Assembly (NCBI GenBank): GCA_009783195.1
Contig: WRHP01000001.1
Location: forward strand, 7,215 to 71,214
Direction: 5' to 3'
From: Syntrophorhabdaceae bacterium
GTDB lineage: Bacteria > Desulfobacterota > Deferrimicrobia > Deferrimicrobiales > Deferrimicrobiaceae
Length of the DNA stretch: 64,000 nucleotides
Shown here piece after piece: positions 38,631-47,074 of this stretch; position 1 is the stretch's first letter; every line of letters begins with the position of its first letter. Under the pieces are notes generated by a model. The model worked only from the letters and a program-made list of their open reading frames with translations, did not search any database and was not told the DNA's origin. Made by a program: the position numbers and the translations under genes.

Positions 38631-39327
38631 AGTCTCCGGCATCGACGTATTCTACGGAGACCTTCAGGTCCTGTGGGATGTTTCCTTTGAGATCAAACAG
38701 GGAGAGATTCTGGTTCTGGTCGGCGCCAACGGGGCTGGAAAATCCACCACTCTCAAGACTATCTCCGGTTTGCTGAAGCCCGCGCGCGGCTCTATCGAAT
38801 TTCAAGGTATTTATCTCGATCAGCTAAAGGCCGACCAGGTTATCTCGCATGGAGTGGTTCATGTTCCCGAAGCGAGGCGGTTATTTCGGGAAATGACGGT
38901 AGAAGAGAACCTCATCATGGGGTCGCTTGCTCCCGAAGCGAAGAAGAAGCGGGCGGATACGCTGGAATGGGTCTATGAGCTTTTCCCCCGTATGAAGGAG
39001 CGCAGAAAGCAGGTCGCCGGCACCATGAGCGGCGGCGAGCAGCAGATGTGCGCTATCGGGCGCGGGCTTATGGCTCTGCCGAAAGTATTGATGTTCGACG
39101 AACCGTCTCTGGGGCTTTCCCCCATATTGGTCCAGGAAGTATTCGAGATTGCGAAGCGGATCAACAAGGAGGGCGTCACCGTGCTTCTTGTGGAGCAGAA
39201 TGTACGGCAGACGCTTACTTTTTGCGACCGCGCTTATGTGCTTGAGAACGGCAGGATCGTTTTGCACGGAACGGGCAAGGAACTGTTGAACGATGTACAC
39301 GTTCGTGAGGCCTACCTGGGGATCTGA
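38623..39327 (+). CDS. livF: ABC transporter ATP-binding protein LivF-type
   Basis: It has Walker A GANGAGKST, the signature MSGGEQQM and the Walker B LMFDEPSLGLSP. Confidence 0.85.
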   Translation: MLKVSGIDVFYGDLQVLWDVSFEIKQGEILVLVGANGAGKSTTLKTISGLLKPARGSIEFQGIYLDQLKADQVISHGVVHVPEARRLFREMTVEENLIMGSLAPEAKKKRADTLEWVYELFPRMKERRKQVAGTMSGGEQQMCAIGRGLMALPKVLMFDEPSLGLSPILVQEVFEIAKRINKEGVTVLLVEQNVRQTLTFCDRAYVLENGRIVLHGTGKELLNDVHVREAYLGI

Positions 39328-39350
39328 ATCCGTTAAGCGAGGTTTCGCGC

Positions 39351-40880
39351 ATGCGCATTGAGTGCATACCCGGCGATATCCGCGCGGTTAAATCCGACAT
39401 GATCGTCGTCAGTCTGTTCGAAGGCGCCAAGCGGCTGGATGGCGCGACAGGCGAAGTGGACGCGGCTGTCGGCGGCGCTTTGTCAGAGGCGATAAATGCC
39501 GGCGATTTCAAAGGTAAAGCTTCGGAGACGTACTTCTTTCGCCCCTCGAAAGGGATAGCCGCCCCTCGAGTTCTCGTAGTGGGCCTTGGCAGGAAAGAGA
39601 AATTCACTCCAGACATTGCGCGCCAGGTTGCGCTTCCGGTTTTTAAGGCTGCCAGACGCATGAAACTTTCAAGCGTTGCCTCCATCGTACACGGTGTTTG
39701 GATCGACGGGTTTTCCCCGGAAACGGCCGCCTGTTTTTCCGCGCTTGGCGCGGCGCTTTCTTCGTTTGAATACGACCGGTTCAAAGAAGATAAGGGGCAT
39801 CGTGTTTCCCGCTTCCTGTTTGTGGAGCGGGACGCGAAGACGCTGCCGCTTGTTCGCGCCGGAGTGATCCGGGGGGAGCGCATGGGCGAGGCGATCAACT
39901 GGGGGCGCGAGCTTGTCGCCACGCCTTCGGCGCATTTGCGGCCAAACGATCTCGCCAAGGCTGCGAAAAAGGTTGGAGCGGGGCTGCCGCTTCGCGAGGC
40001 ATCGAAGATCCGGGTGCGTGTTCTTGGCGTACCGGAACTTGAGGCGTCAGGCGCCGGCGGCATCCTTGCCGTGGGTAAAGGAAGTCAGGCGCCTCCACGG
40101 CTGATAGCGGCGGAGTACCGGGGCGGTCCTCCCGGCGGGAAATGGGTTGCCTTGGTGGGAAAAGGGGTTACGTTCGATACGGGCGGCATTTCCCTGAAGA
40201 AGCCCGAGGGAATGGACAAGATGAAATACGACATGGCCGGCGCGGCCGCCGTGCTTGCCACGCTGCGGGCCTGCGCGGCGCTTGGGATTCGAAGGAACAT
40301 CGCGGCTGTGGTTCCGGCTGTCGAGAATATGCCGTCCGGCACGGCATTTCGCCCGGGAGATGTCCTTCGGCTTATGTCCGGAAAGACCGCCGAGATTTTG
40401 TCCACGGATGCCGAAGGGCGGCTGATTCTGGCCGATGCGCTTACGTATGCCCGAGAAAAATACAAACCGGAAGCTATGGTCGATGTGGCGACTCTCACCG
40501 GAGCCTGCACTGTGGCGCTTGGTAGTGTTAACATGGGGATTATGGGAAACGACGGGGCGTTGATAGCGCGCATAAAGCAGGCTTCCGCGTCTTCGGGCGA
40601 AAAAGCGTGGGAATTGCCGCTCCACGAAGAGTATTCCGAGCAGATCAGAAGCGATATTGCCGATCTGAAAAACACCGGAGGACCAGAGGCAGGCACGATT
40701 ACCGCGGGGTGTTTCCTCAAAGAGTTTGCGGAGGGAACTCCGTGGGCGCATTTTGATATTGCCGGTACAGCCTGGATCGATAAGGAAAAGCGTGGGTATG
40801 CGCCGGGACCGTCCGGGGCGCCGGTCCGGCTGCTTGTCGAATTCCTTTCCAATCCAACGGTTGGTGACCATTATGGCTGA
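39351..40880 (+). CDS. pepA: Leucyl aminopeptidase (M17 family)
   Basis: 509 aa. The M17 catalytic core is present (NTDAEGRL..., NTGGPEAGTITAGCFLKEFAEGTPWAHFDIAG). Confidence 0.85.
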   Translation: MRIECIPGDIRAVKSDMIVVSLFEGAKRLDGATGEVDAAVGGALSEAINAGDFKGKASETYFFRPSKGIAAPRVLVVGLGRKEKFTPDIARQVALPVFKAARRMKLSSVASIVHGVWIDGFSPETAACFSALGAALSSFEYDRFKEDKGHRVSRFLFVERDAKTLPLVRAGVIRGERMGEAINWGRELVATPSAHLRPNDLAKAAKKVGAGLPLREASKIRVRVLGVPELEASGAGGILAVGKGSQAPPRLIAAEYRGGPPGGKWVALVGKGVTFDTGGISLKKPEGMDKMKYDMAGAAAVLATLRACAALGIRRNIAAVVPAVENMPSGTAFRPGDVLRLMSGKTAEILSTDAEGRLILADALTYAREKYKPEAMVDVATLTGACTVALGSVNMGIMGNDGALIARIKQASASSGEKAWELPLHEEYSEQIRSDIADLKNTGGPEAGTITAGCFLKEFAEGTPWAHFDIAGTAWIDKEKRGYAPGPSGAPVRLLVEFLSNPTVGDHYG

Positions 40881-41484
40881 AGCAACCTGCTTGAACTGCA
40901 ATATCCGCTTTTCCGCGGAAAGCCAGATTTGTCCGTTCTGTAATAAACCGTTAATTATTTTTGATGAAGAGCGGAAGGATGTGGAAGTCCGGAAACACCT
41001 GATTCCTCAGGAAAGCTTTTCGGGGGTCAAGGAGTTTTATCTACTGTACGGGAAATGGCTCAGGCTGGCTTTTTTAGTGCTGCTTGTGGTTGTAGTCGGA
41101 TGGGTTGTTTTGCGGATGTTGGTGGGACCGTCTGTTGAAATTCCCAAGGATTCGGTTTTTCCGATCAAGGTGGAGAAGGTAAAAGACGGATTGCGTATTG
41201 TTCTGCTGAAAGGCACGGTTAAAAACAACGGAGAAGATATTCACAGCGTTTCTCTGCAATCCCTCAGTGTGGTTAGGGAGTTCAGGTTCAGTAACGGAAT
41301 GGTTGAAAAAAAACGGATTTACCCCAAGTCTTTCTATCGGGGGGACGAGACTTTGCTTCACGATGAAACTGGCATCTTCGAAGTTGAAATACCGTCGGGG
41401 GTCAGCAACGTTACTCTTCGGGCGGAGATCGTGGATCTCGGAGAGCACCGTAAATTCCGTGTTCCCTTGCAGCACACACAATAA
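40876..41484 (+). CDS. Small zinc-ribbon / single-TM / DUF3426-like periplasmic-domain protein
   Basis: It has an N-terminal CxxC...CxxC ribbon (CLNCNIRFSAESQICPFCNKPL), one TM helix, and a ~125-aa beta-rich C-terminal domain. The architecture and some patterning resemble the C-terminus of the large repeat protein at 47071-50076. The start ATG overlaps the pepA stop as ATGGCTGA. Confidence 0.5.
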   Translation, partial: AEATCLNCNIRFSAESQICPFCNKPLIIFDEERKDVEVRKHLIPQESFSGVKEFYLLYGKWLRLAFLVLLVVVVGWVVLRMLVGPSVEIPKDSVFPIKVEKVKDGLRIVLLKGTVKNNGEDIHSVSLQSLSVVREFRFSNGMVEKKRIYPKSFYRGDETLLHDETGIFEVEIPSGVSNVTLRAEIVDLGEHRKFRVPLQHTQ

Positions 41485-41580
41485 TCTTGGCGGAAAACGG
41501 AGCGGTTTGCCTTTTTTGCCACGGTTTCCAGTCGGCGCGCAATTCCAACCTTGCCGTGTCCAATAATTAAGAGGAGCAAA

Positions 41581-42468
41581 ATGAAGAAAAATGAAGTTGC
41601 CTTGTTGAATATTGGCTTGCCGAAAGGAAGCCTGCAAGATTCCACTCTGCACCTGTTTCGTAAAGCCGGTTTCAATATAACGGTGGGTTCGCGTAGCTAC
41701 GTTCCTGTGATAGACGACCCGGAGTTATCCGGCCTGCTGATCCGGGCGCAGGAGATGGCGCGATATGTTCAGGATGGCATTCTCGACATCGGGCTGACCG
41801 GCCGGGACTGGGTTCTTGAGCAAAACGCGCGCGTCAAGGAGGTGTGTACTCTCCTGTATGCTCGCGGGGGGTTGCGGCCTGTCCGTTGGGTCGTGGCCGT
41901 TCCCGAAGAATCTCCCATCAAGAGCTTGAAGGACCTGCATAAAAAGCGCGTGGCAACAGAGCTTGTCCAGTTCACGAAGCGCTACCTCAAAAAGAAAGGG
42001 ATCGAGGCCCAGGTCGAGTTCTCTTGGGGGGCGACCGAAGTAAAAGCGCCGCGTCTTGCCGACGCGATTGTTGAGCTTACGGAAACGGGCAGCAGCCTGC
42101 GGGCCAACAAGCTGCGCATCGTGGAGACCATTCTCGAATCGACCACGGTGCTGATTGCCAACCGCGAGTCCTGGAAGGATTCGCGGAAGCGGCAAAAGAT
42201 CGAAAACATCGCAATGCTTCTCCAGGGGGCGCTTCGGGCCGAGGAGAAGGTAGGATTGAAAATGAATGTGAGGCGCGACGACATCGACCGGATCATAAAG
42301 GTGCTGCCGTCTCTCCAGAACCCCACGATTTCCACGCTTAGCAAGGAAGGCTGGTTTTCCATCGAAGTCATCGTCGATGAGAAAAAAGTGAGGGAGTTGA
42401 TACCGCTGCTGAAAAACCAGGGCGCTTCTGGAATTGTGGAGTATCCTCTGAACAAGGTGATTCCGTAA
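41581..42468 (+). CDS. hisG: ATP phosphoribosyltransferase, long form (with C-terminal regulatory domain)
   Basis: It matches the HisG long-form pattern throughout (...[13 protein letters not shown]..., C-terminal ...[19 protein letters not shown]). The start was trimmed to [18 protein letters not shown] after AGGAG. Confidence 0.85.
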   Translation: MKKNEVALLNIGLPKGSLQDSTLHLFRKAGFNITVGSRSYVPVIDDPELSGLLIRAQEMARYVQDGILDIGLTGRDWVLEQNARVKEVCTLLYARGGLRPVRWVVAVPEESPIKSLKDLHKKRVATELVQFTKRYLKKKGIEAQVEFSWGATEVKAPRLADAIVELTETGSSLRANKLRIVETILESTTVLIANRESWKDSRKRQKIENIAMLLQGALRAEEKVGLKMNVRRDDIDRIIKVLPSLQNPTISTLSKEGWFSIEVIVDEKKVRELIPLLKNQGASGIVEYPLNKVIP

Positions 42469-42527
42469 CTTCCTTTTCTAAATCGGCCGGCGGCTTTGGT
42501 CCTTGTGACAAGGCGCTGCTTGCCGGA

Positions 42528-43349
42528 TTGGAAAAACTTCTGGCCAAGGGGCTTGGAGCGGATCTCGACCCGGACCCGATCCTCTTCCCTCATAGGTATG
42601 CCGATCCGGGAGATGCCGAGGTTGCCGCGTTTATCGCCGCTTCTTTTGCTTTCGGCGGTGTTCTGCAGATCCGACGGTTTTTAGAGCGGTTGTTCGGCGC
42701 CCTGGCGCCTTCCCCATTCGTTGCGCTGACGGCTTCACGGCCTGTTCCGCCTGGAGCGGTTGCCGGTATGGCGCATCGGTTTATTTCGGAAGAAGGGGTC
42801 CATCGGTTCCTGTGTGTCATACGCGAAAGCCTTCTCGCATGCGGGTCGCTGGAGGAGCTTTACCTGCGCGGAAGAGGCGGGGACGCGCCTGACCTGCGGC
42901 GAGACCTGGCCCGGTTCCTGGAGTGGTTTCGGCGGCAATGGGGGAACAGCCTGCCCAGGCAGAGGGATTTTTTGTTTCCACGGCCTGAGCGCGGCTCGGC
43001 GTGCAAGCGGCACAACCTTTTTTTGCGGTGGATGGTGCGGGGGCCAGACGGTGTGGACCTGGGGTTATGGAAGGTCGTGTCGCCGCGAAACCTTATCGTG
43101 CCGCTTGATACCCATATGGCACAGATGGGAGAGCGGCTGGCGTTGACCCGGCGCAAGACGCGGGACTGGCGGATGGCCGAGGAGATTACCGGGGCTTTGA
43201 GCGCGGTCCGGCCGGAAGACCCGGTTGCGTTCGATTATCCCCTTACGCGGATAGGCATCCTGCGGGTTTGCACCATCCGGCGCAAAGGGCATTGTTCTTC
43301 CTGTCCCTTGTCTCCAATATGCAGGCGCAAGACAAGGCAGGGAAAATGA
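42528..43349 (+). CDS. Conserved hypothetical protein (DUF2400/TIGR02757-like) with a C-terminal Cys-x7-Cys-x2-Cys-x5-Cys cluster
   Basis: 273 aa. The C-terminus (CTIRRKGHCSSCPLSPIC) resembles the Endo III-type 4Fe-4S cluster loop of HhH glycosylases. The family assignment is from memory only. Confidence 0.35.
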   Translation: MEKLLAKGLGADLDPDPILFPHRYADPGDAEVAAFIAASFAFGGVLQIRRFLERLFGALAPSPFVALTASRPVPPGAVAGMAHRFISEEGVHRFLCVIRESLLACGSLEELYLRGRGGDAPDLRRDLARFLEWFRRQWGNSLPRQRDFLFPRPERGSACKRHNLFLRWMVRGPDGVDLGLWKVVSPRNLIVPLDTHMAQMGERLALTRRKTRDWRMAEEITGALSAVRPEDPVAFDYPLTRIGILRVCTIRRKGHCSSCPLSPICRRKTRQGK

Positions 43350-43429
43350 TTATTGCCACTGCAAGAGCCCTCGTGCGATATATTTAATCATGTAGGCTCT
43401 AAATCGAACCCTGTCGACAGGAGTCACAA

Positions 43430-44992
43430 ATGGCCGGAAAGAAAATGAAAATTGGCGAGATGCTGGTTGCTGCCGGTGTTATCAAAAGAGAGCAGTTAAA
43501 CGATGCTCTTCATAGCCAGAATCAGCTTGGGGGGACGCTGGGCGAGAACCTGATCCGCCTTGGGTTTGTGGGGGAGGGGGATCTTCTCAGGTTTCTTTCC
43601 GAACAAATGGGGTTCCAGCACATCAACCTTGAAAAAGTTGAGATCCCCGCTTCCATACAGCGTCTGGTTAACGCTGAAACGGTTCGCCTGCGCCGCCTGC
43701 TCCCGATCGGGTTCGAAGGAAAGAGTCTGGTTGTGGGAATGGTGGACCCAACCGACATAACGGCGCTTTCAGACGTCGAGTTTCAAACCGGCCACAGGAA
43801 CAAAGCGGTCGTTCTCTCCGCGAACCAGTTCGAGCAAGCGCTTTCGTTTTTCCAGACGAAAGGTTACGGAACCGTTACCCTGAAGCTCGAAAAAGACACG
43901 ACACAAGAGCGCCCTCTTGAGGAACGCAATCTCGGAAGCATGCTTTCGCTTCTCCTGTCCTGGAAAGGGCAGGACCTTCACCTTTCCGCCGGAGCCATTC
44001 CGTCGGTTCGGGTGGACAACGAAATTCGACGGCTCAACTTTCCGGCTTTGAAGCCCGCGGAAGTAGAGCAGATGATAATGTCCATACTTACCCCGGAGCA
44101 AAAAAGAAGTTTTCACGCAAATATGGAGCTTGATTTCGCCTTTTCCATGCAAGGGATAGGCAGGTTCCGCTGCAACCTGTACAGGCAACGCAATTCCGTA
44201 GCCTTCACCGCGCGGCACGTTTCGGAAGCCGTGCCGTCCTCGGTTGATCTTGGGCTTCCGGCCTATTTGAAGGAGTTTGCGTTAAAGCAGCAGGGACTCA
44301 TCCTTGTTACCGGGCCCAGCGGACACGGCAAATCCACTACGCTTGCGTGGATGGTTGAAGCGATCAACAGGGAGCGAAGAGCCAACATCATTACGATAGA
44401 AGACCCCGTCGAGTTCACTTTTAAACATAAAAGCTCCAACGTTAATCAGCGTGAAGTCGGGACAGACACGCGGTCTTTCGCGGAAGGACTGCGTCATATC
44501 TTCCGCCAGGACCCCGACGTGATAGTGATCGGCGAACTCAGGGACTTCGAAAGCATATCTATCGCGCTGACCGCCGCCGAGACCGGCCACCTGGTAATCG
44601 GCACGCTGCATTCCATGAACGCCACGACGGCGGTGGACCGTATCGTGGACGCGTTTACCGCCAACCAGCAGCCGCAGATTCGCGCGCAGCTTTCGGAATG
44701 CCTGCTGCTTGTTTTTTCACAGCGGCTTCTCAAGCGCGCAAGCGGTGTCGGGCGAATTATGGCGTGTGAGAGGATGTCTACCTCCCTCCGCATCCGCAAT
44801 GCCATTAGGGACGGTAAAGTGCCACAGCTTCGCAGCATGATGCAGTCAAACCTGGAAGAGCTGGTTTCCATGGACGTTAGCTTGGCGGAATTGGCCGCTT
44901 CCGGGAAGGTCAAGTACGAGGAAGCTTTGAAATTTGCCGATAATCCCGACTACCTGAACGAACTGTTGAAACACAAAGGGGCTTTAAAGTGA
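43430..44992 (+). CDS. PilT-type secretion/retraction ATPase with an N-terminal tandem MshEN (c-di-GMP-binding) motif
   Basis: The N-terminus has two consecutive 24-aa MshEN-type motifs ([24 protein letters not shown] and [24 protein letters not shown]), then a GspE_N-like domain and a PilT-like N-domain. The ATPase core has Walker [46 protein letters not shown], and a PilT-like C-terminus. Confidence 0.75.
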   Translation: MAGKKMKIGEMLVAAGVIKREQLNDALHSQNQLGGTLGENLIRLGFVGEGDLLRFLSEQMGFQHINLEKVEIPASIQRLVNAETVRLRRLLPIGFEGKSLVVGMVDPTDITALSDVEFQTGHRNKAVVLSANQFEQALSFFQTKGYGTVTLKLEKDTTQERPLEERNLGSMLSLLLSWKGQDLHLSAGAIPSVRVDNEIRRLNFPALKPAEVEQMIMSILTPEQKRSFHANMELDFAFSMQGIGRFRCNLYRQRNSVAFTARHVSEAVPSSVDLGLPAYLKEFALKQQGLILVTGPSGHGKSTTLAWMVEAINRERRANIITIEDPVEFTFKHKSSNVNQREVGTDTRSFAEGLRHIFRQDPDVIVIGELRDFESISIALTAAETGHLVIGTLHSMNATTAVDRIVDAFTANQQPQIRAQLSECLLLVFSQRLLKRASGVGRIMACERMSTSLRIRNAIRDGKVPQLRSMMQSNLEELVSMDVSLAELAASGKVKYEEALKFADNPDYLNELLKHKGALK

Positions 44993-45792
44993 TAGGTAAA
45001 AAAATACGACTGGAGCGGATTCTCGACCGGAATACGCGGCGGACGGTGATTGTTCCGCTGGATCATGGCGTTACGGTTGGACCGATTCCGGGATTGACGC
45101 AGATTCCTCCGGCGGCAAATCTTATAGCCGAAGGCGGCGCCAACGCGGCTGTGCTCCACCGCGGGGCTGCCATGTTCGGGCATCGGGGCTACGGCAAGGA
45201 TCTGGGGTTCATACTGCACCTTTCCGCCAGCACCGCGCTGTCGCCGGATTCCAACCGCAAAGTTTTGGTTGCTACGGTGGAAGACGCGATTCAGATGGGC
45301 GCGGATGCCGTGTCTATACACGTAAATCTGGGGGCCGATGACGAGGCTCAGATGCTCAAGGATTTTGGAGAAGTGTCCAGTTCATGCCAGCGGTGGGGGA
45401 TGCCGCTCCTTGCGATGATGTACACGAGAGGACCCAAGATCCGAAACGAATACGACGTGAAATATATCCGGCACGCGGCTCGAGTGGGCGCGGAGATGGG
45501 AGCGGATATCGTCAAGGTTTCTTACACCGGCTCTCCCAAAACCTTTTCGGAAGTGGTACAAGGGTGCGCTTCTCCCGTTGTTATCGCCGGCGGTGAAAAA
45601 GCCAACAGCGACGAGGACATCCTGCGCATGGTCCAGGGCGCGATGGAGGCCGGAGGCGCGGGAGCGTCGATTGGGCGCAATGTTTTCCAGCATAGTTCTC
45701 CCGCCGCTATGGTGAAGGCAATAGCGGCCATCGTGCATGGCGGAGCTTCACTGAAAGAGGCGCTTGCCTTGGTGAAGAGGAAGCTTGTTTGA
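44989..45792 (+). CDS. 2-amino-3,7-dideoxy-D-threo-hept-6-ulosonate synthase (AroA-prime, DhnA-type class I aldolase)
   Basis: 267 aa with the class I aldolase DhnA-family pattern (DHG...., active Lys region DIVKVSY). It is adjacent to a DHQ synthase II gene, as in the archaeal-type shikimate entry. Confidence 0.65.
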   Translation: MIGKKIRLERILDRNTRRTVIVPLDHGVTVGPIPGLTQIPPAANLIAEGGANAAVLHRGAAMFGHRGYGKDLGFILHLSASTALSPDSNRKVLVATVEDAIQMGADAVSIHVNLGADDEAQMLKDFGEVSSSCQRWGMPLLAMMYTRGPKIRNEYDVKYIRHAARVGAEMGADIVKVSYTGSPKTFSEVVQGCASPVVIAGGEKANSDEDILRMVQGAMEAGGAGASIGRNVFQHSSPAAMVKAIAAIVHGGASLKEALALVKRKLV

Positions 45793-46784
45793 TCCCGCGG
45801 CTATGGGCCCGTATTGTTCCATGGGATAAGGCGGCGGCGGTATCGGCTCTTGAATCAGGGGTGGAAGCGCTGTGGGTGCCGGACGGTTTTGCCGGCGACG
45901 CTATCGCGCTTGGGCGTGTGACGACTGTTTGCGGAGACGGAGATCTGCGGGAGGGGACCGATTTCCGGGTTACGAGCATTGAACGGAAGGAAGACGAGGA
46001 ACTGATAGCGGCTTCTCCCGCGGATGTCGTATGGGTGGTTTTTCCTACGGAGAGAGAGATTATCCCTCTCGAAAATCTTGTCGCTATGGGCAGAAAGATC
46101 CTGGTTGTGTCAAGAACCGCGCGGGAAGCGGCGCTATACCGTGGTGTTCTTGAGCGCGGGGTGTATGGGTTGGTGCTGGATTCCCGAAATCCCGCGGAAG
46201 TACGTGAGATGGCCGGGGAGTTCCGCGAGCGCTCGGACGATGTGTCCTTGACAACGGCTTGTGTGACCGAGGTTACTCCTCTTGGGATGGGCGACCGCGT
46301 GTGCGTGGATACATGTACCTGGATCGATGGGAGCCGTGGACTTCTGGTGGGAAACAGCAGCGCGGGGCTGTTCCTTGTATGCGCGGAAAATGTACCCAAC
46401 CCGTATGTTTTTTCAAGGCCTTTTCGCGTCAATGCCGGAGCGGTCCATTCGTATTGCCGTGTGCCGGGCGGCCGGACCGCGTATCTCTCCGACCTGTCGG
46501 CGGGGGGCGGCGTAGTGCTTGTTGACGAAGCGGGCAGAGGCGAAATCGCCCATGTGGGCCGGGTGAAAGTGGAGCGGCGGCCTCTCCTGCTGGTTAAGGC
46601 GGCGGCGTCTGGCAACGAATATTCCGTTGTTTTGCAGAACGCGGAGACGGTTCGGCTTGTGGGTCCGGGGGGCGCTACGGTCTCGGTTGGCAGGATTTGT
46701 CCGGGAGATGAAGTGATGTTGATGGAGGAGCGCGCGGGAAGGCATTTCGGGATAGCCGTCGAGGAAACCATTAGAGAAAAATAA
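45789..46784 (+). CDS. 3-dehydroquinate synthase II (AroB-prime, archaeal type)
   Basis: 331 aa fitting the DHQ synthase II family (~330 aa; ...LWVPDGF..., ...[11 protein letters not shown]...). It overlaps the upstream aldolase gene by 4 bp. Confidence 0.65.
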   Translation: MIPRLWARIVPWDKAAAVSALESGVEALWVPDGFAGDAIALGRVTTVCGDGDLREGTDFRVTSIERKEDEELIAASPADVVWVVFPTEREIIPLENLVAMGRKILVVSRTAREAALYRGVLERGVYGLVLDSRNPAEVREMAGEFRERSDDVSLTTACVTEVTPLGMGDRVCVDTCTWIDGSRGLLVGNSSAGLFLVCAENVPNPYVFSRPFRVNAGAVHSYCRVPGGRTAYLSDLSAGGGVVLVDEAGRGEIAHVGRVKVERRPLLLVKAAASGNEYSVVLQNAETVRLVGPGGATVSVGRICPGDEVMLMEERAGRHFGIAVEETIREK

Positions 46785-46814
46785 CGGCATCACAGAGAAG
46801 AGAAGGGAGAATCC

Positions 46815-47003
46815 ATGTTCGGTCTTGGGTTTTGGGAACTGATCGTTATTCTCGTGATCGTGTTGCTGCTGTTTGGCGCCAGAAAGTTGCCGGAGGTGGG
46901 TTCGGGCATCGGCGCGGGGATAAAAAATTTCAAGAACGCTATAAAGAATAACGAAGACGATAAAGAAGAAAAGAAAAACTCCGACGGTTCTTCTTCCTGT
47001 TAG
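46815..47003 (+). CDS. tatA: Twin-arginine translocase subunit TatA/E
   Basis: 62 aa: [42 protein letters not shown], the canonical TatA TM and amphipathic helix. Confidence 0.8.
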   Translation: MFGLGFWELIVILVIVLLLFGARKLPEVGSGIGAGIKNFKNAIKNNEDDKEEKKNSDGSSSC

Positions 47004-47041
47004 AGCTGTTTTGCCAAAAGACAGGCTGTTTTAACAATCCC

Positions 47042-47074
47042 ATAAAGAGAAAGGGCTCTCCCCTTTCTCTTTAT
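47042..47074. terminator. Bidirectional hairpin (14-bp perfect stem ATAAAGAGAAAGGG / CCCTTTCTCTTTAT, 5-nt loop) between convergent tatA and the ZnR-repeat gene
   Basis: Read directly. Both arms are U-rich, and the stem contains the stop codon of the minus-strand gene. Confidence 0.45.

Noticed and set aside
45707-46771. 354-aa minus-strand ORF
   Set aside because: Antisense to the DHQ synthase II gene. It is Ser/Thr/Pro/Arg-rich, a typical antisense artefact.
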